Assembly (NCBI RefSeq): GCF_001447785.1
Contig: NW_015174995.1
Location: forward strand, 1-61,001
DNA length: 61,001 nucleotides
From: Gekko japonicus
Lineage: Eukaryota
Direction: 5' to 3'
The position numbers and the translations under genes are program-made. Positions 48,401-55,459 of this stretch are shown here, piece by piece (position 1 is the stretch's first letter; the number at the start of each line of letters is the position of its first letter). A model generated the notes under the pieces. That model was not told the origin of the DNA. It saw only the letters and a list, made by a program, of their open reading frames with translations, and did no database searches.

Positions 48401-51400
48401 AAACAGGATCCCTTTGCATTCTCTAAGAACCGTATATAAAATATTCATGTGTCTGAGATCCTGTTCTCCAAGACCTTGCCACATATGATTTTTCTTCTCC
48501 TCCAACAAATGTCTCAAAATTTGCTTCTGTTGTTGTTTTGTTGCTTTCACAAACCCAAATAGGCATTCATATCACATATTTTGCATCCAATACTCAATAA
48601 TATTGATGTTCCTTTCTTTCCTTCTCCAGTTTGGGAGGTCTCCTTTAGGGCAGGTTCTCAAGATACTGGAGGACCTGCTGGTTTGATCTGGAGGGGAGAG
48701 GATTGACCAGCACTTTTGTCCTGTCTGTACTTCCCTCTGTACATCTGGGCATAAGTAGGAGCTAATTTCCTAGGCATTCCCCAGCCATCTTCAAATCAGG
48801 CATGGCAATCTGCAGATGCCCAGAATTGGTCCCTCATGTCTTGCAAACTGACCTCATTCCACATGAGTTTGGGTACTATTTTGGAGGTCTTAGCAACTGT
48901 ACTAGCCAATATATTGATGGGTGCATTGGTGATAACATTGCTGCAGCAGTTTTCAAAACAAACAATGCCAGCCACCACCAGACTGGAGACCAGCATGGGG
49001 GTTGGGGATATCTTCTGACTCACTGAGTGGCAGTCATTGTAATATCCCAGACATCCAGCATGGCCCATGATTATCAGGAACCACCTACTTTGTAACTCCA
49101 CAAGTAATGCTGCTGGTTCTCCTTCCGTACAACCTTCTTTATTTTCCATTGCATGGCTTAGATAGGAGGAGAAATAAAAACTTTGGTACACTTGCTACAT
49201 TATTTAAATGTCTACTCTTAGTAGCATAGGGAAGAAGCAGAATATTTGACATTCAAAATCAATCATTATTCCATTATGAGTTTGTTAACACAAACAAACA
49301 CGAATGGGTGGGGGCAGCTGAAATTGCGATATACATGCTGGATTCTTGTATAATGCATGTATCTAGGATTCCATATAAACACAAATGGTCTAAGCCAGAA
49401 GAGTAGAATTTTTCCTTTAATAAGTATTCTCGCCAATACACTGACTCAGTGGTACATTGCCTTGTTTATGTGATTATCTGAACTAATCTGAGACATCCTA
49501 TTCTTTTCCAGATGTGCACAAGACTCTACCTATCAGGAACTGCCTTCACCAAGCAATAATGCTGTTCGCTGGAAATTCAATACCTTGAAGTTTCTTGAGA
49601 AACACTATGCAATTTACTTGAGATGCCACCTAGCAGTATGCAAGGCTTCTGATTACTCATCCCGATGCTATCAGGGGTGCTTACCCAGAAAAATCAGGAA
49701 AGCAAGGGCACTCAACGATCATGTGGGTGTTGTTGTGGGACCTGTCCAGCTTCAGAGAGAAGACAAAAAACATGGTAAATTGTTCTTGTGATTCCTTCTC
49801 TTTCTACAGCAGTGGTCGCCAAAATATATTCAGGAGAAGTTCCAAAACATCCAAGATGATTACTCACATTTTGTTATAAAATTACATGCTGCTGTATTCA
49901 TTTTTTTCCCCCATTTTGGTCAATAAAAGCATACTACTACAGAAGTTCATTGTACAACAGAGAGAATTATATAGACCCATTCTAGTGACTGCAAAAGTCA
50001 CTAAAGGTACATGTCACAGTCCCTTCACATGCATTCTCTGTATGTGGTTTAACTACTGGCACTGGGTGCTTCCAGTGCCATCCTAAGCAGTGTTGTACTC
50101 CTTTAATCCCATTAACTTCCATAAACATAGATGATGGTAACTCTGGGGAATTTCACATTACCTGTCTTCTCCCGGTTTCAAGCCGGGAGTCTTCCGTTTC
50201 CAGATGAACCGGTACAGGGCTGCCGTTTCACACACGGCTTGCCCCTACCGGAAAGGAGCCGATTCACAAGCGGTTCGGCGTTTCACACACGCACCGCTTT
50301 GTTTCCCCACGGTTTTTTTTTTTAAAGTCCGTCTTATAGCGATATATCGATATACCAGTACTCCAATGTATTCCAATGGGATCGCTATAGCGTTATATCA
50401 ATATATCGATATAAGCCAAACGTTCAAAAAAAAAAAAAGCCCGCGCGGCCGAAAAAAGGCGGGAAAGAACCGTATCGGAACCGGGAGAGGGAACGGAAGA
50501 CTCCTCGGAAGCGGTTGACAGGTAAATCGCTTCCCTCCCGGTTCCTATATGGAACAGAGACTTTTGAGTGTGAAATGGCAGTCAGATCCCGGTAGGGAAC
50601 CGATTCTCAACCGGGTTCTGTCTGAAATGACAGACCAGCACCCGGTTGAGAATCGGTTCCCTACCGGGAGAAAGCACCTGTCTGAAATTCCCCTCTGTTT
50701 ACAATGGCACTGTTTGATCCAAAAGGGAGCTGGAAATCTGTCATTAAGAGTTTTTATTATTAGTAGTCTCACCACCTTCTTTGGAGCCATGACAAGTGAA
50801 TTATAACTCAGGCAATCGTGTGGGTCATTTGGGTCTGCATATTCTGGGGTATTTATGGAGGGACCATGATAAAACATCAATTAGAACAAACGGCTCTACA
50901 TTCTAGTATTTCAGCTGCACTTGTGTATACATTGCAGCTCTTGGATGTTAGGGAGAATTAACACATGCATATTCATCACTAGATGACTTGCAGATGAATG
51001 TGTGGCCTGTTTCCTTCCAAAGACATTCTGAGATGATGGGATAATATAAAGACTTCAGGGTGTTGATCTGAGGAGTATTAATTCATATCAGTCAATCATC
51101 CATTTATGTTATTGTCATCAAATGACAATTTCAGTGTGAACGTATCAGTGTGATATCGTCCTTGAACTAGTGATCCAAATAGCGATTACAATGCCAACAG
51201 GTATATGTGTAAATTCTAACAAATCATTCCATCCTGTCTTTTAATTTACAGAACGGAGAAAGCGTGCCATTCTCACAGAAGCTGAAGCCATCTCTCCACT
51301 TACTATTACTGCTATTAGTTTGGTAGTCATTGTTTTTGTTTTAGCTGGCATTCTTCTGAGCAGCAAATTGATTAGGAGAAAAGACCATCAGATATACTGA
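400..51400 (+). CDS. 5'-partial multi-exon gene: microexon-built mucin-like stalk + DMBT1-type ZP domain + TM (DMBT1-like ZP-mucin)
   Basis: About 28 AG/GT-bounded phase-1/phase-1 microexons with lengths divisible by 3, followed by 4 phase-compatible exons (1-0, 0-2, 2-1, 1-stop) with no internal stops. The ZP sequence closely follows DMBT1 (GCGT..Q, TIVYSN, DTCVASP, LTYDLIRSGC, YLRC..VC....SSRCYQGC, VVVGPVQLQ). Confidence 0.8.
525..554 (+). CDS. 30-nt microexon ETTTPTGEHS
   Basis: ttttttcag| ... TCAG|gtatga; 89-nt intron from its partner. Confidence 0.75.
813..4040 (-). mobile_element. Fragmented CR1 LINE ORF2 (APE endonuclease + RT), degenerate
   Basis: ORFs contain GVCYRPP, QHGFCKGRSCLTNL, YLDFQKAFD, FNVAKCKVMH and ERDLGV. 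Interrupted at 1045-1448 and about 1720-2155. Confidence 0.92.
1045..1448. mobile_element. Non-autonomous hAT-type DNA transposon nested in CR1
   Basis: TIRs taggggtcatttc / gaaatgacccctg; 8-bp TSD tacagggg / tacagggt. Confidence 0.8.
4286..4321 (+). CDS. 36-nt microexon DTGAATGTPTSA
   Basis: poly-C + cag| ... GCAG|gtaagc. Confidence 0.75.
4410..4439 (+). CDS. 30-nt microexon ETTTPAGEHS
   Basis: ttttttcag| ... TCAG|gtatga; 88-nt intron. Confidence 0.75.
5040..5075 (+). pseudogene. Dead 36-nt microexon copy (EPGIIPGA...)
   Basis: Start matches the 7019 and 9053 exons. No GT donor, and the short intron is interrupted by about 280 bp of unrelated sequence. Confidence 0.5.
5427..5456 (+). CDS. 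30-nt microexon ETTTPTRKQS
   Basis: cag| ... CTG|gtaaga. The pyrimidine tract is broken by a G run, so the acceptor is weak. Confidence 0.5.
5682..6684. mobile_element. Solo LTR (ERV-like, 4-bp TSD)
   Basis: TGTTA...TAACA termini and TSD tcct. Absent from the paralogous site near 8710. Confidence 0.8.
7019..7054 (+). CDS. 36-nt microexon APGIASGEPISV (or 30 nt from CAG at 7024)
   Basis: tttgag| or caccag| acceptor; GTGG|gtaagg. Confidence 0.6.
7145..7174 (+). CDS. 30-nt microexon ETPTAIAGPS
   Basis: tttgccag| ... TCGG|gtaagg. Confidence 0.72.
7797..7832 (+). CDS. 36-nt microexon DPGAATGTPTSA
   Basis: cctccttag| ... GCAG|gtagag. Confidence 0.7.
7921..7950 (+). CDS. 30-nt microexon ETTTPTGEHS (identical to 525-554)
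   Basis: cttttttcag| ... TCAG|gtatga. Confidence 0.75.
9053..9088 (+). CDS. 36-nt microexon VPGIVPGLPISV (or 30 nt from CAG at 9058)
   Basis: gtgag| or taccag| acceptor; weak GTGG|gttagg donor. Confidence 0.5.
9177..9206 (+). CDS. 30-nt microexon ETNTAIAEPS
   Basis: tttgccag| ... CTG|gtaaga. Confidence 0.72.
9872..9907 (+). CDS. 36-nt microexon GPAIPTLAPTSG
   Basis: cttcctccaag| ... GGAG|gtgaag. Confidence 0.65.
9996..10025 (+). CDS. 30-nt microexon ETTTVYAEPP
   Basis: ttttgccag| ... CTG|gtaaga; 88-nt intron. Confidence 0.72.
10430..11665 (-). mobile_element. 3' fragments of a non-LTR retrotransposon (ORF2 C-terminal zinc-knuckle region)
   Basis: ORF 11256..11747 EGKYKKIPFEERICPCC..LEHIIF; microsatellite tail near 10430. 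Relatives at about 24400-24820 (-) and 39060-39435 (+). Confidence 0.65.
10727..11123. mobile_element. hAT-type MITE
   Basis: cagggctattttt / aaaaagagccctg TIRs; perfect 8-bp TSD cttataag. Confidence 0.85.
11688..12066. mobile_element. CpG-rich probable PIF/Harbinger-type MITE
   Basis: Abrupt GC/CpG-rich block with imperfect inverted ends (ggccccggtcgcaca / tgtgaacggcgccc). TSD unclear. Confidence 0.45.
12350..12385 (+). CDS. 36-nt microexon EPAITSAALISP
   Basis: tcttctaag| ... CCG|gtaagt. Confidence 0.7.
12475..12504 (+). CDS. 30-nt microexon ERTPKVTEPT
   Basis: ttttaccag| ... CTG|gtacgc; 89-nt intron. Confidence 0.65.
13334..13601. mobile_element. hAT-type MITE (TAGGGyTGCCA termini)
   Basis: tagggctgccaaatc / gatttggcaacccta; TSD acatgtgt / acgtgtgt. 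Partial relative at about 41992-42240. Confidence 0.8.
15014..15910. mobile_element. LTR-like repeat; relatives at about 53416-54400 and 58808-59065
   Basis: TG...CA ends and a shared core resembling gtggaagtc(t/a)atgtggt..agagaa.cac..cagcat in three places. TSD not resolved. Confidence 0.5.
16321..16362. other. Assembly gap (N run)
   Basis: 42 N. Confidence 1.
16580..16609 (+). pseudogene. Dead 30-nt microexon (ETTKAVKKPK); donor lost and 36-nt partner missing
   Basis: The short-intron motif (gattgaaagtgttgtgattttt) and ttccag| acceptor are present, but the exon is followed by aaatga instead of gt. Confidence 0.55.
17129..17166 (+). pseudogene. 38-nt frameshifting variant of the 36-nt microexon
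   Basis: taag| ... GCTG|gtaagg splice sites intact, but 2 nt longer than its paralogs. Confidence 0.55.
17257..17286 (+). CDS. 30-nt microexon ETTTAITEHT
   Basis: ttttgttag| ... CTG|gtaaga. Confidence 0.7.
17720..17755 (+). CDS. 36-nt microexon EPHIASEESASV
   Basis: tcctattag| ... TTG|gtaagg. Confidence 0.7.
18652..20207. mobile_element. hAT-type element with an internally amplified 175-bp unit and an intervening LTR-like block (about 19140-19800)
   Basis: tagagttgcca / tggcaaccctg ends. The unit recurs at 18831, 19006, 19817, 19992 and 20168. Confidence 0.65.
21020..22290 (-). mobile_element. Stacked L2 LINE 3' fragments
   Basis: ORFs with HWLPIAYQIRFKVLVL, AHIQPVLCQLHW and RAFLALAPTWWNSLP. 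Confidence 0.85.
22382..22411 (+). pseudogene. Dead 30-nt microexon (ETIMTIRKPT), separated from its acceptor at 17841 by about 4.5 kb of inserted repeats
   Basis: The exon body and downstream unit flank (aagaagcagttttttatcacatccat) resume here. The donor is mutated to ataaga. Confidence 0.55.
23006..23041 (+). CDS. 36-nt microexon EPGIAKDESTSA
   Basis: tttctcag| ... GCTG|gtaagg. Confidence 0.72.
23122..23661 (+). pseudogene. 30-nt microexon (EKTMSIIEPT) split by a 510-bp insertion
   Basis: 23122-23132 (AAAAAACTATG) + 23643-23661 (TCCATCATAGAACCCACTG|gtaaga) sum to exactly 30 nt. ATG occurs at both insertion junctions. Confidence 0.65.
23738..24219 (-). mobile_element. CR1 RT fragment, near-identical to 2429-2938
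   Basis: ORF 23622..23927 QHGFCKGRSCLTNL...YLDFQKAFD. Confidence 0.9.
27530..27559 (+). CDS. Microexon VTVFQKPNLG (36-nt type with outer AG lost; inner CAG gives 30 nt)
   Basis: tttcaataaacag| ... GGTG|gtaagg; 86-nt intron to its partner. Confidence 0.5.
27646..27675 (+). CDS. 30-nt microexon EPPKAFSYST
   Basis: ttcttttaag| ... CTG|gtaagg. Confidence 0.6.
28330..28880 (-). mobile_element. Penelope-like element fragment (GIY-YIG C-terminal region)
   Basis: VGRHFNLPGHSIADLRVAV..QRNFQGRLQCEIAE.EFIHKF. Contains a 30-bp internal duplication. Confidence 0.8.
29505..29540 (+). CDS. 36-nt microexon DTGSVMRKLQFA
   Basis: ttttcaag| ... GCTG|gtaaga. Confidence 0.58.
29730..29759 (+). CDS. 30-nt microexon EMATIVTEFT (weak donor)
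   Basis: ttttccaag| ... CTA|gtaaaa. Confidence 0.4.
30271..30476. mobile_element. hAT-type MITE copy 1
   Basis: caatgctccctctaag / cttagagggaacactg; TSD gttgccac on both sides. Confidence 0.85.
30984..31190. mobile_element. hAT-type MITE copy 2 (same family)
   Basis: Same body as copy 1; TSD gtggttac / gtggctac. Confidence 0.85.
32184..32201 (+). CDS. 18-nt microexon (A/T)TSEET
   Basis: tttctgaatag| ... CAG|gtgagt, a consensus donor; phase 1-1. Confidence 0.6.
32776..32805 (+). CDS. 30-nt microexon EGASGPDPET
   Basis: ttcttctaacag| ... CAG|gtaaga; paralog of 38496-38525. Confidence 0.7.
33442..33486 (+). CDS. 45-nt microexon ETEVLGEDSSDLSAI
   Basis: ctttaccag| ... TAG|gtaaga; open in phase 1. 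Confidence 0.62.
   Translation, partial: KQKSWVKTLLICQQ
36154..36807. mobile_element. Solo LTR (Gypsy-like, 5-bp TSD)
   Basis: TGTCA...TGACA termini and TSD cataa. CR1 is continuous across it. Confidence 0.85.
36905..37193 (+). mobile_element. Full-length tRNA-derived squamate SINE
   Basis: A box tggtgtagtgg, B box ggtttgattcc, (TCT)n tail, flanking tcactt duplication. Confidence 0.85.
38335..38358 (+). CDS. 24-nt microexon ESSHPSSP
   Basis: tttatttacag| ... CAG|gtaata. Confidence 0.62.
38496..38525 (+). CDS. 30-nt microexon ESAGVPDLVT
   Basis: tctttctaacag| ... CAG|gtaaga. Confidence 0.7.
38713..38920 (-). mobile_element. tRNA-derived SINE
   Basis: The reverse strand starts ctgtggctcagtggtagagcatctgct. 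Confidence 0.7.
40459..40488 (+). CDS. 30-nt microexon APKTYRIPSR (last found before ZP)
   Basis: ttaacgcttacag| ... GAG|gtaaat. Confidence 0.6.
41080..41312 (+). mobile_element. Sauria-type SINE, 5'-truncated
   Basis: agtagataaataggtaccac...catgccggccacatgacc...gagatgagcac...tttacct tail. Confidence 0.75.
42870..43400 (-). mobile_element. L2-type LINE RT fragment
   Basis: The reverse strand gives QYADDV (catcatctgcatattggtg) and a QGS-like motif. Confidence 0.6.
44060..44320 (+). repeat. 261-bp near-identical copy of 41618-41878
   Basis: Direct comparison; the shared translation GASAQCCTANSLICPYGF appears in both ORFs. Confidence 0.9.
44982..45154 (+). CDS. ZP exon 1 (ZP-N): (V)ISCSERYMYVRISKHDLQALGYNPWDLHLNHNSCRCKTTPGYVFCNIPLHGCGTVKQ
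   Basis: cttttcatcaatcag| acceptor in phase 1, CAA|gtaaga donor in phase 0, 173 nt. Lies inside ORF 44948..45295 and has the ZP-N Cys pattern. Confidence 0.92.
46823..47220 (+). CDS. ZP exon 2: QKNYGTIVYSN...HVTCEM...YNVNISLY...LFMDTCVASPDINFKTLTYDLIRSG
   Basis: NAGNAG acceptor (ttcag/cag; start 46823 or 46826), GG|gtgagt donor in phase 2. Lies inside ORF 46745..47224. Confidence 0.95.
49512..49774 (+). CDS. ZP exon 3 (ZP-C end, RKIRKAR basic site, external hydrophobic patch VGVVVGPVQL)
   Basis: ttcttttccag|A TGT GCA CAA GAC completes GG|A. Donor CAT G|gtaaat. 263 nt, open. Confidence 0.95.
50145..50693. mobile_element. PIF/Harbinger-type MITE in the last intron
   Basis: TIR ggggaatttca / tgaaattcccc, 3-bp TSD tct, CpG-rich. 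Confidence 0.8.
51252..51400 (+). CDS. Terminal coding exon: (E)RRKRAILTEAEAISPLTITAISLVVIVFVLAGILLSSKLIRRKDHQIY* (furin motif, TM helix, short basic tail)
   Basis: ttaatttacag| acceptor in phase 1. About 22 hydrophobic residues followed by KLIRRK. TGA at 51398-51400. Confidence 0.88.
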
Positions 51401-51881
51401 TATCAGTATGTCACCAGCATAACCAGACTACTGCCAGCAGCTATTTAAATCAAAATGTATGTCACATGGATTACTGCATGAATCGCAACCCAGTTGTCAA
51501 TGTGCGGAATTTAAAAAGATTGAATCTAATCAAAATTAAGTTGCTGTTCCAACTACTCTAAGTAATGATATTTTAGAGTGGCTTTCCTGGCTGTTCTCTT
51601 GTTTATTGGGTTTTGTTATGTAATTATATTTAAGTGCTATACAGGACATGCAGTCATTAATAATGTGATAGATATTGTATTCTTATTATGCTTGCAGGCA
51701 GCAAATATCAGGTATCTGTGGTGACTATGTGGTATCTTGGTAAGGACAAATATGGAATAGTATTTTACAGTTGAAAGGTGGGCATGTTTCAGCTGTGTTA
51801 ATTCCCAGTGTTTGGTAGACTTTGATCTGCATGTGATATCTGCCAAAGATGTAAAATGAGTTTTAATTTCAGTTTATTTGA

Positions 51882-51887
51882 AATAAA
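51882..51887 (+). terminator. Probable polyadenylation signal of the ZP gene
   Basis: AATAAA about 480 nt after the stop, followed about 25 nt later by GT-rich gtgtggtcagttctt. Confidence 0.55.
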
Positions 51888-52296
51888 ATTGCTCTATATT
51901 TGCAAGTTAACAGTGTGGTCAGTTCTTACTAGCTCACAAGCAGAATTAATTTTATATAACTGAAAGGTGAAAGGCAACATAATATTGGGATGAAGCGTCT
52001 GCTGTCTTTGTCTTGCTCCACTCCAACTTACTATGCAGTGTTAGCATCAGCAGTGGGCAGGCTGGGGCAGATGCCAAGGCCCATCCCTACTGTGAAATAA
52101 TTTTTTCCTCGCATTGTGAAGTTCACACCACAATAAAGTGGAAAATGACAACTCTATTACTTTATGGTGATCAATGCTAGGCTTCCACCAAGGTGCCAAG
52201 GGACAATTTGCCACTGTAATGACACAGATTTTCCCTCTCTTTGTTAACAGAAAATCACTGAACATCACCAAGATGTTTTTAAAAATTTCTGCATGT

Positions 52297-52360
52297 NNNN
52301 NNNNNNNNNNNNNNNNNNNNNNNNNNNNNNNNNNNNNNNNNNNNNNNNNNNNNNNNNNNN
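52297..52360. other. Assembly gap (N run)
   Basis: 64 N. Confidence 1.
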
Positions 52361-55300
52361 GTATTGTTGGTGTCTAATATTTGTGGCGAATACTGTGATA
52401 ATGGTACCAAAGGACTGTAAGCCATTGTTCTGGAAAAACACCCCAGACATTCCCAGCACAAACACAGAAACAGTTTAAAATCAGGAAACAAACATTTTAG
52501 TCCCATCTCTCCCTATTGTGTTAGTATTCTACTGGCAGGGCTTTGGTTTTGTTTGTTTGTTTAAAAAATATGTAATAGAGAATTCATAATTCTTTCCCAT
52601 TACCTGCAGCACGAAATGGGAGTGTCCATGCTACCACCACAGAACTCATTCTTCATTCATTGCCCTGCATTTATAAACAATACATTAGCAACAGCTAGTA
52701 CTTTCTTTTGAAAATACATTCCAAATCATTCAAATGTGGTCAATGACTTGGTCAGCAAGTAATCAAGTAACCATTTAAGATACATTGTGTGGTTCTCAAT
52801 CACAAATACTTCAGTTGACACTTAGTTGATACTTAGATCCTTTTTCTGACAAACTTATCCTCTCAGTAGCTGTCTACTGTTGATTGGCAGTAGATTCAGA
52901 CAGAGAAAAGGAAGTACTTCTTCATATTGTACATATGGAATTCACTGTCACAAAATGTAGTGAATGCAACGGCCAGTAGCTTAGATAGCTTTAAAAACAA
53001 ATTACACAAATTAATGAATAATAGTTATATTATTTAGTTAATTCAATTTTTAAACTACCCTTCCCTGTAGGGCAGGGCTTAGGGCAATGTACATCAGTAT
53101 ACATCAGTATAAAACATATACATAATAAAATCATATTTAAAATCCATACTATGAATATAGTAGTAATAACCAGTACTCAGTGAGATGGTGATGGAACTGC
53201 CAAAAATATGCCACTGCCTCATGGGAAGGGAGGCAGGAGAAACAGGAGTACCAGCCAGACAGAAAACCATCTCTGTCCTCAATCAAACGCCCTCTACTAT
53301 TAACAGTAGAGACTGGAGACTTGTTGAAAAGTGACGTGTAAGTATCCCTCCATCCTGTTCTCTGAGGTGTCTAGGCACCATTGGTCACCAGAGTCTCTGT
53401 ACAGTGATACAATGCTGTAATGGCCCACCTGGCAAGGGTTTTCTCTCCTTCTTTTGGGATCACTGCCACCAACTGGCCATTTTAGAAATTTCCAGCTGAA
53501 AAAATCAAGGGCTCCCAATTTATCTTCCCCAATTATTGTACTTAGACCTCACCTCGTGTTTGCATCTACCACTACTCAGCGATTGGTTATCACAGGCTTA
53601 CTATACTTGAACACTCCCAGGAAAATACTGATTTCCCAACTGACTGGCTCCCTTCCCCTTATATCCATTTTAAACCACATGCTCAAATGGTGGAAGTCAA
53701 TGTGGTTTGGAGAATAACCACCAGCATTCAAAATAGTAAAGAACTTATTAAAAGTAAAATGTCCACATAAATACTCACAGAAACAGACTGCGATACAAAA
53801 AAACCCCCACACCCAACACCCCAATTCCTCTGCACCTCATTCTGTACATGCCCTAGCTGATGTTATTCAAAGGCAGGCTCTTTACTTTAGAAATTACAGC
53901 GTTCCAAGGCTTCCCTGTATTTTGTTGTATTTGTTCATGCAGCCAACCTTTTGTCAACTACACATGGCAATAGGTGCCCTCGAAATGTAACCTGAGTGTG
54001 AGAACTCCTTCATCTAGAATAGACTTTGCAAAATAGACCACCAAAATAGACCTCCTCCCTCCATGCCAAAGGCTTTTATTCTTTTCCCCACCCCCTTGTG
54101 GGTCAAAGAATACTTTCCTGGAATCTTCAGGAGGATACAATCTCTCTCAGACTCTGTCTGAGTCTCTGTGTCCCTTATAGGTGTCAGATTCCCAGTTAAG
54201 GCGTGAGCTGATCATTTAATTGGCTGTGGCCAGAAAGCCAATTAGTATTTCCAAAGCTTTGGTGGTTGGTACTAGGTGAGGCTTGGGAGCAATTGACTTC
54301 CCTCTTCCTGCCTGTCTTTAGCTAAGAGAGAGAGAAACTTAAAAACTCAATGTGAAGGTTGCATCACAGCCAAAACGCCAAATCAAATGCATTTCCCCAT
54401 AATTTTATTTATTTATTTATTTTATTATATTCAATTTTTATACCACCCATTCCCAAGACAGGGCTCAGGGCAGTGAACTAACAAACCATTAAAACAAACA
54501 TGTCAAGAATAAGAACATTAAAATTATAGCAAAATTTCAAGTATATTCAAATTGGAGAGATGGCAGTATACACTTTATCTGAACACTTGTTGTGGATCAA
54601 CAACTGTGATAGGCTACTGCTTTCATTGTCTGGGTGTGGGCTTCCTAGAAGCACCTGGTTACTGAAATGAAGGGAAAAAACAACTCTGGACTAGATGGCC
54701 TCTCAGTCTACTCTAACAGAGTTGTTTCTTACATTCCTATGCTCATCTCAATACTACATGTACAGATGACAACAGCTCCACATCATGGACAAGCAGCAGT
54801 GTAGTCACCATATGACAATGATGTCCTGGTAAATTATTTACATAAAATTGAATAATGGGAAGACTCCTTTTCTTTACCACAATCATCATGTTTGAATTTC
54901 CCCAGCAGAATAGACCTCATTTCCCCTTTGAAAATTGATACCGGTGGTGGTCACGCACGCAACATAAACCGGGGGGGGGGGGAGGGAGAGAGGCTATTCC
55001 CTCTTGAGGAATTTGACCCACAGTTGCATGATAACACAGTCCTTTGAAGCTGTGGGGACAGCCCGCCACTGCTTGATCAGACACAACTGCGGGTGAGTCA
55101 GGGTTGGGGGGGGGTTTGCCATTTGTTTCCGATTAACTTAAACGGGGAATCGATGAATCGCATCTCAGCACTGAGGGCTCCCTATGGAGTGTGTGATGAT
55201 GCGCATACTGAAAAGGGAGGGGAAAGCAATGGCATGGAGTCGGGATGGCCTAATCAGAGCATCCCAATGCCATGAGAGAGCGCTGGAGCGATCAGACAGG

Positions 55301-55459
55301 GGAAAGTCCGTCCATGGCCCGTAGCAACCTGTTTGCTACTGGACTTTCCCTGGTGTCTTTTTACTCTGCTTCTGTGGCAGAGCAAAACGGGTTGCCAATG
55401 GATGCGGGACACTTCCCAGATGTTCATGTCTGATTGCACCCTTTAAATCTGCCTGGCAT

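Noticed and set aside
48796-49191. 131-aa minus-strand ORF in ZP intron 2
   Set aside because: No recognisable motif or splice support; likely decayed repeat sequence.
44982-51400. Assigning the symbol DMBT1, CUZD1 or UMOD
   Set aside because: The ZP domain is DMBT1-like but the expected CUB and SRCR exons are not seen. Orthology cannot be established from this window.
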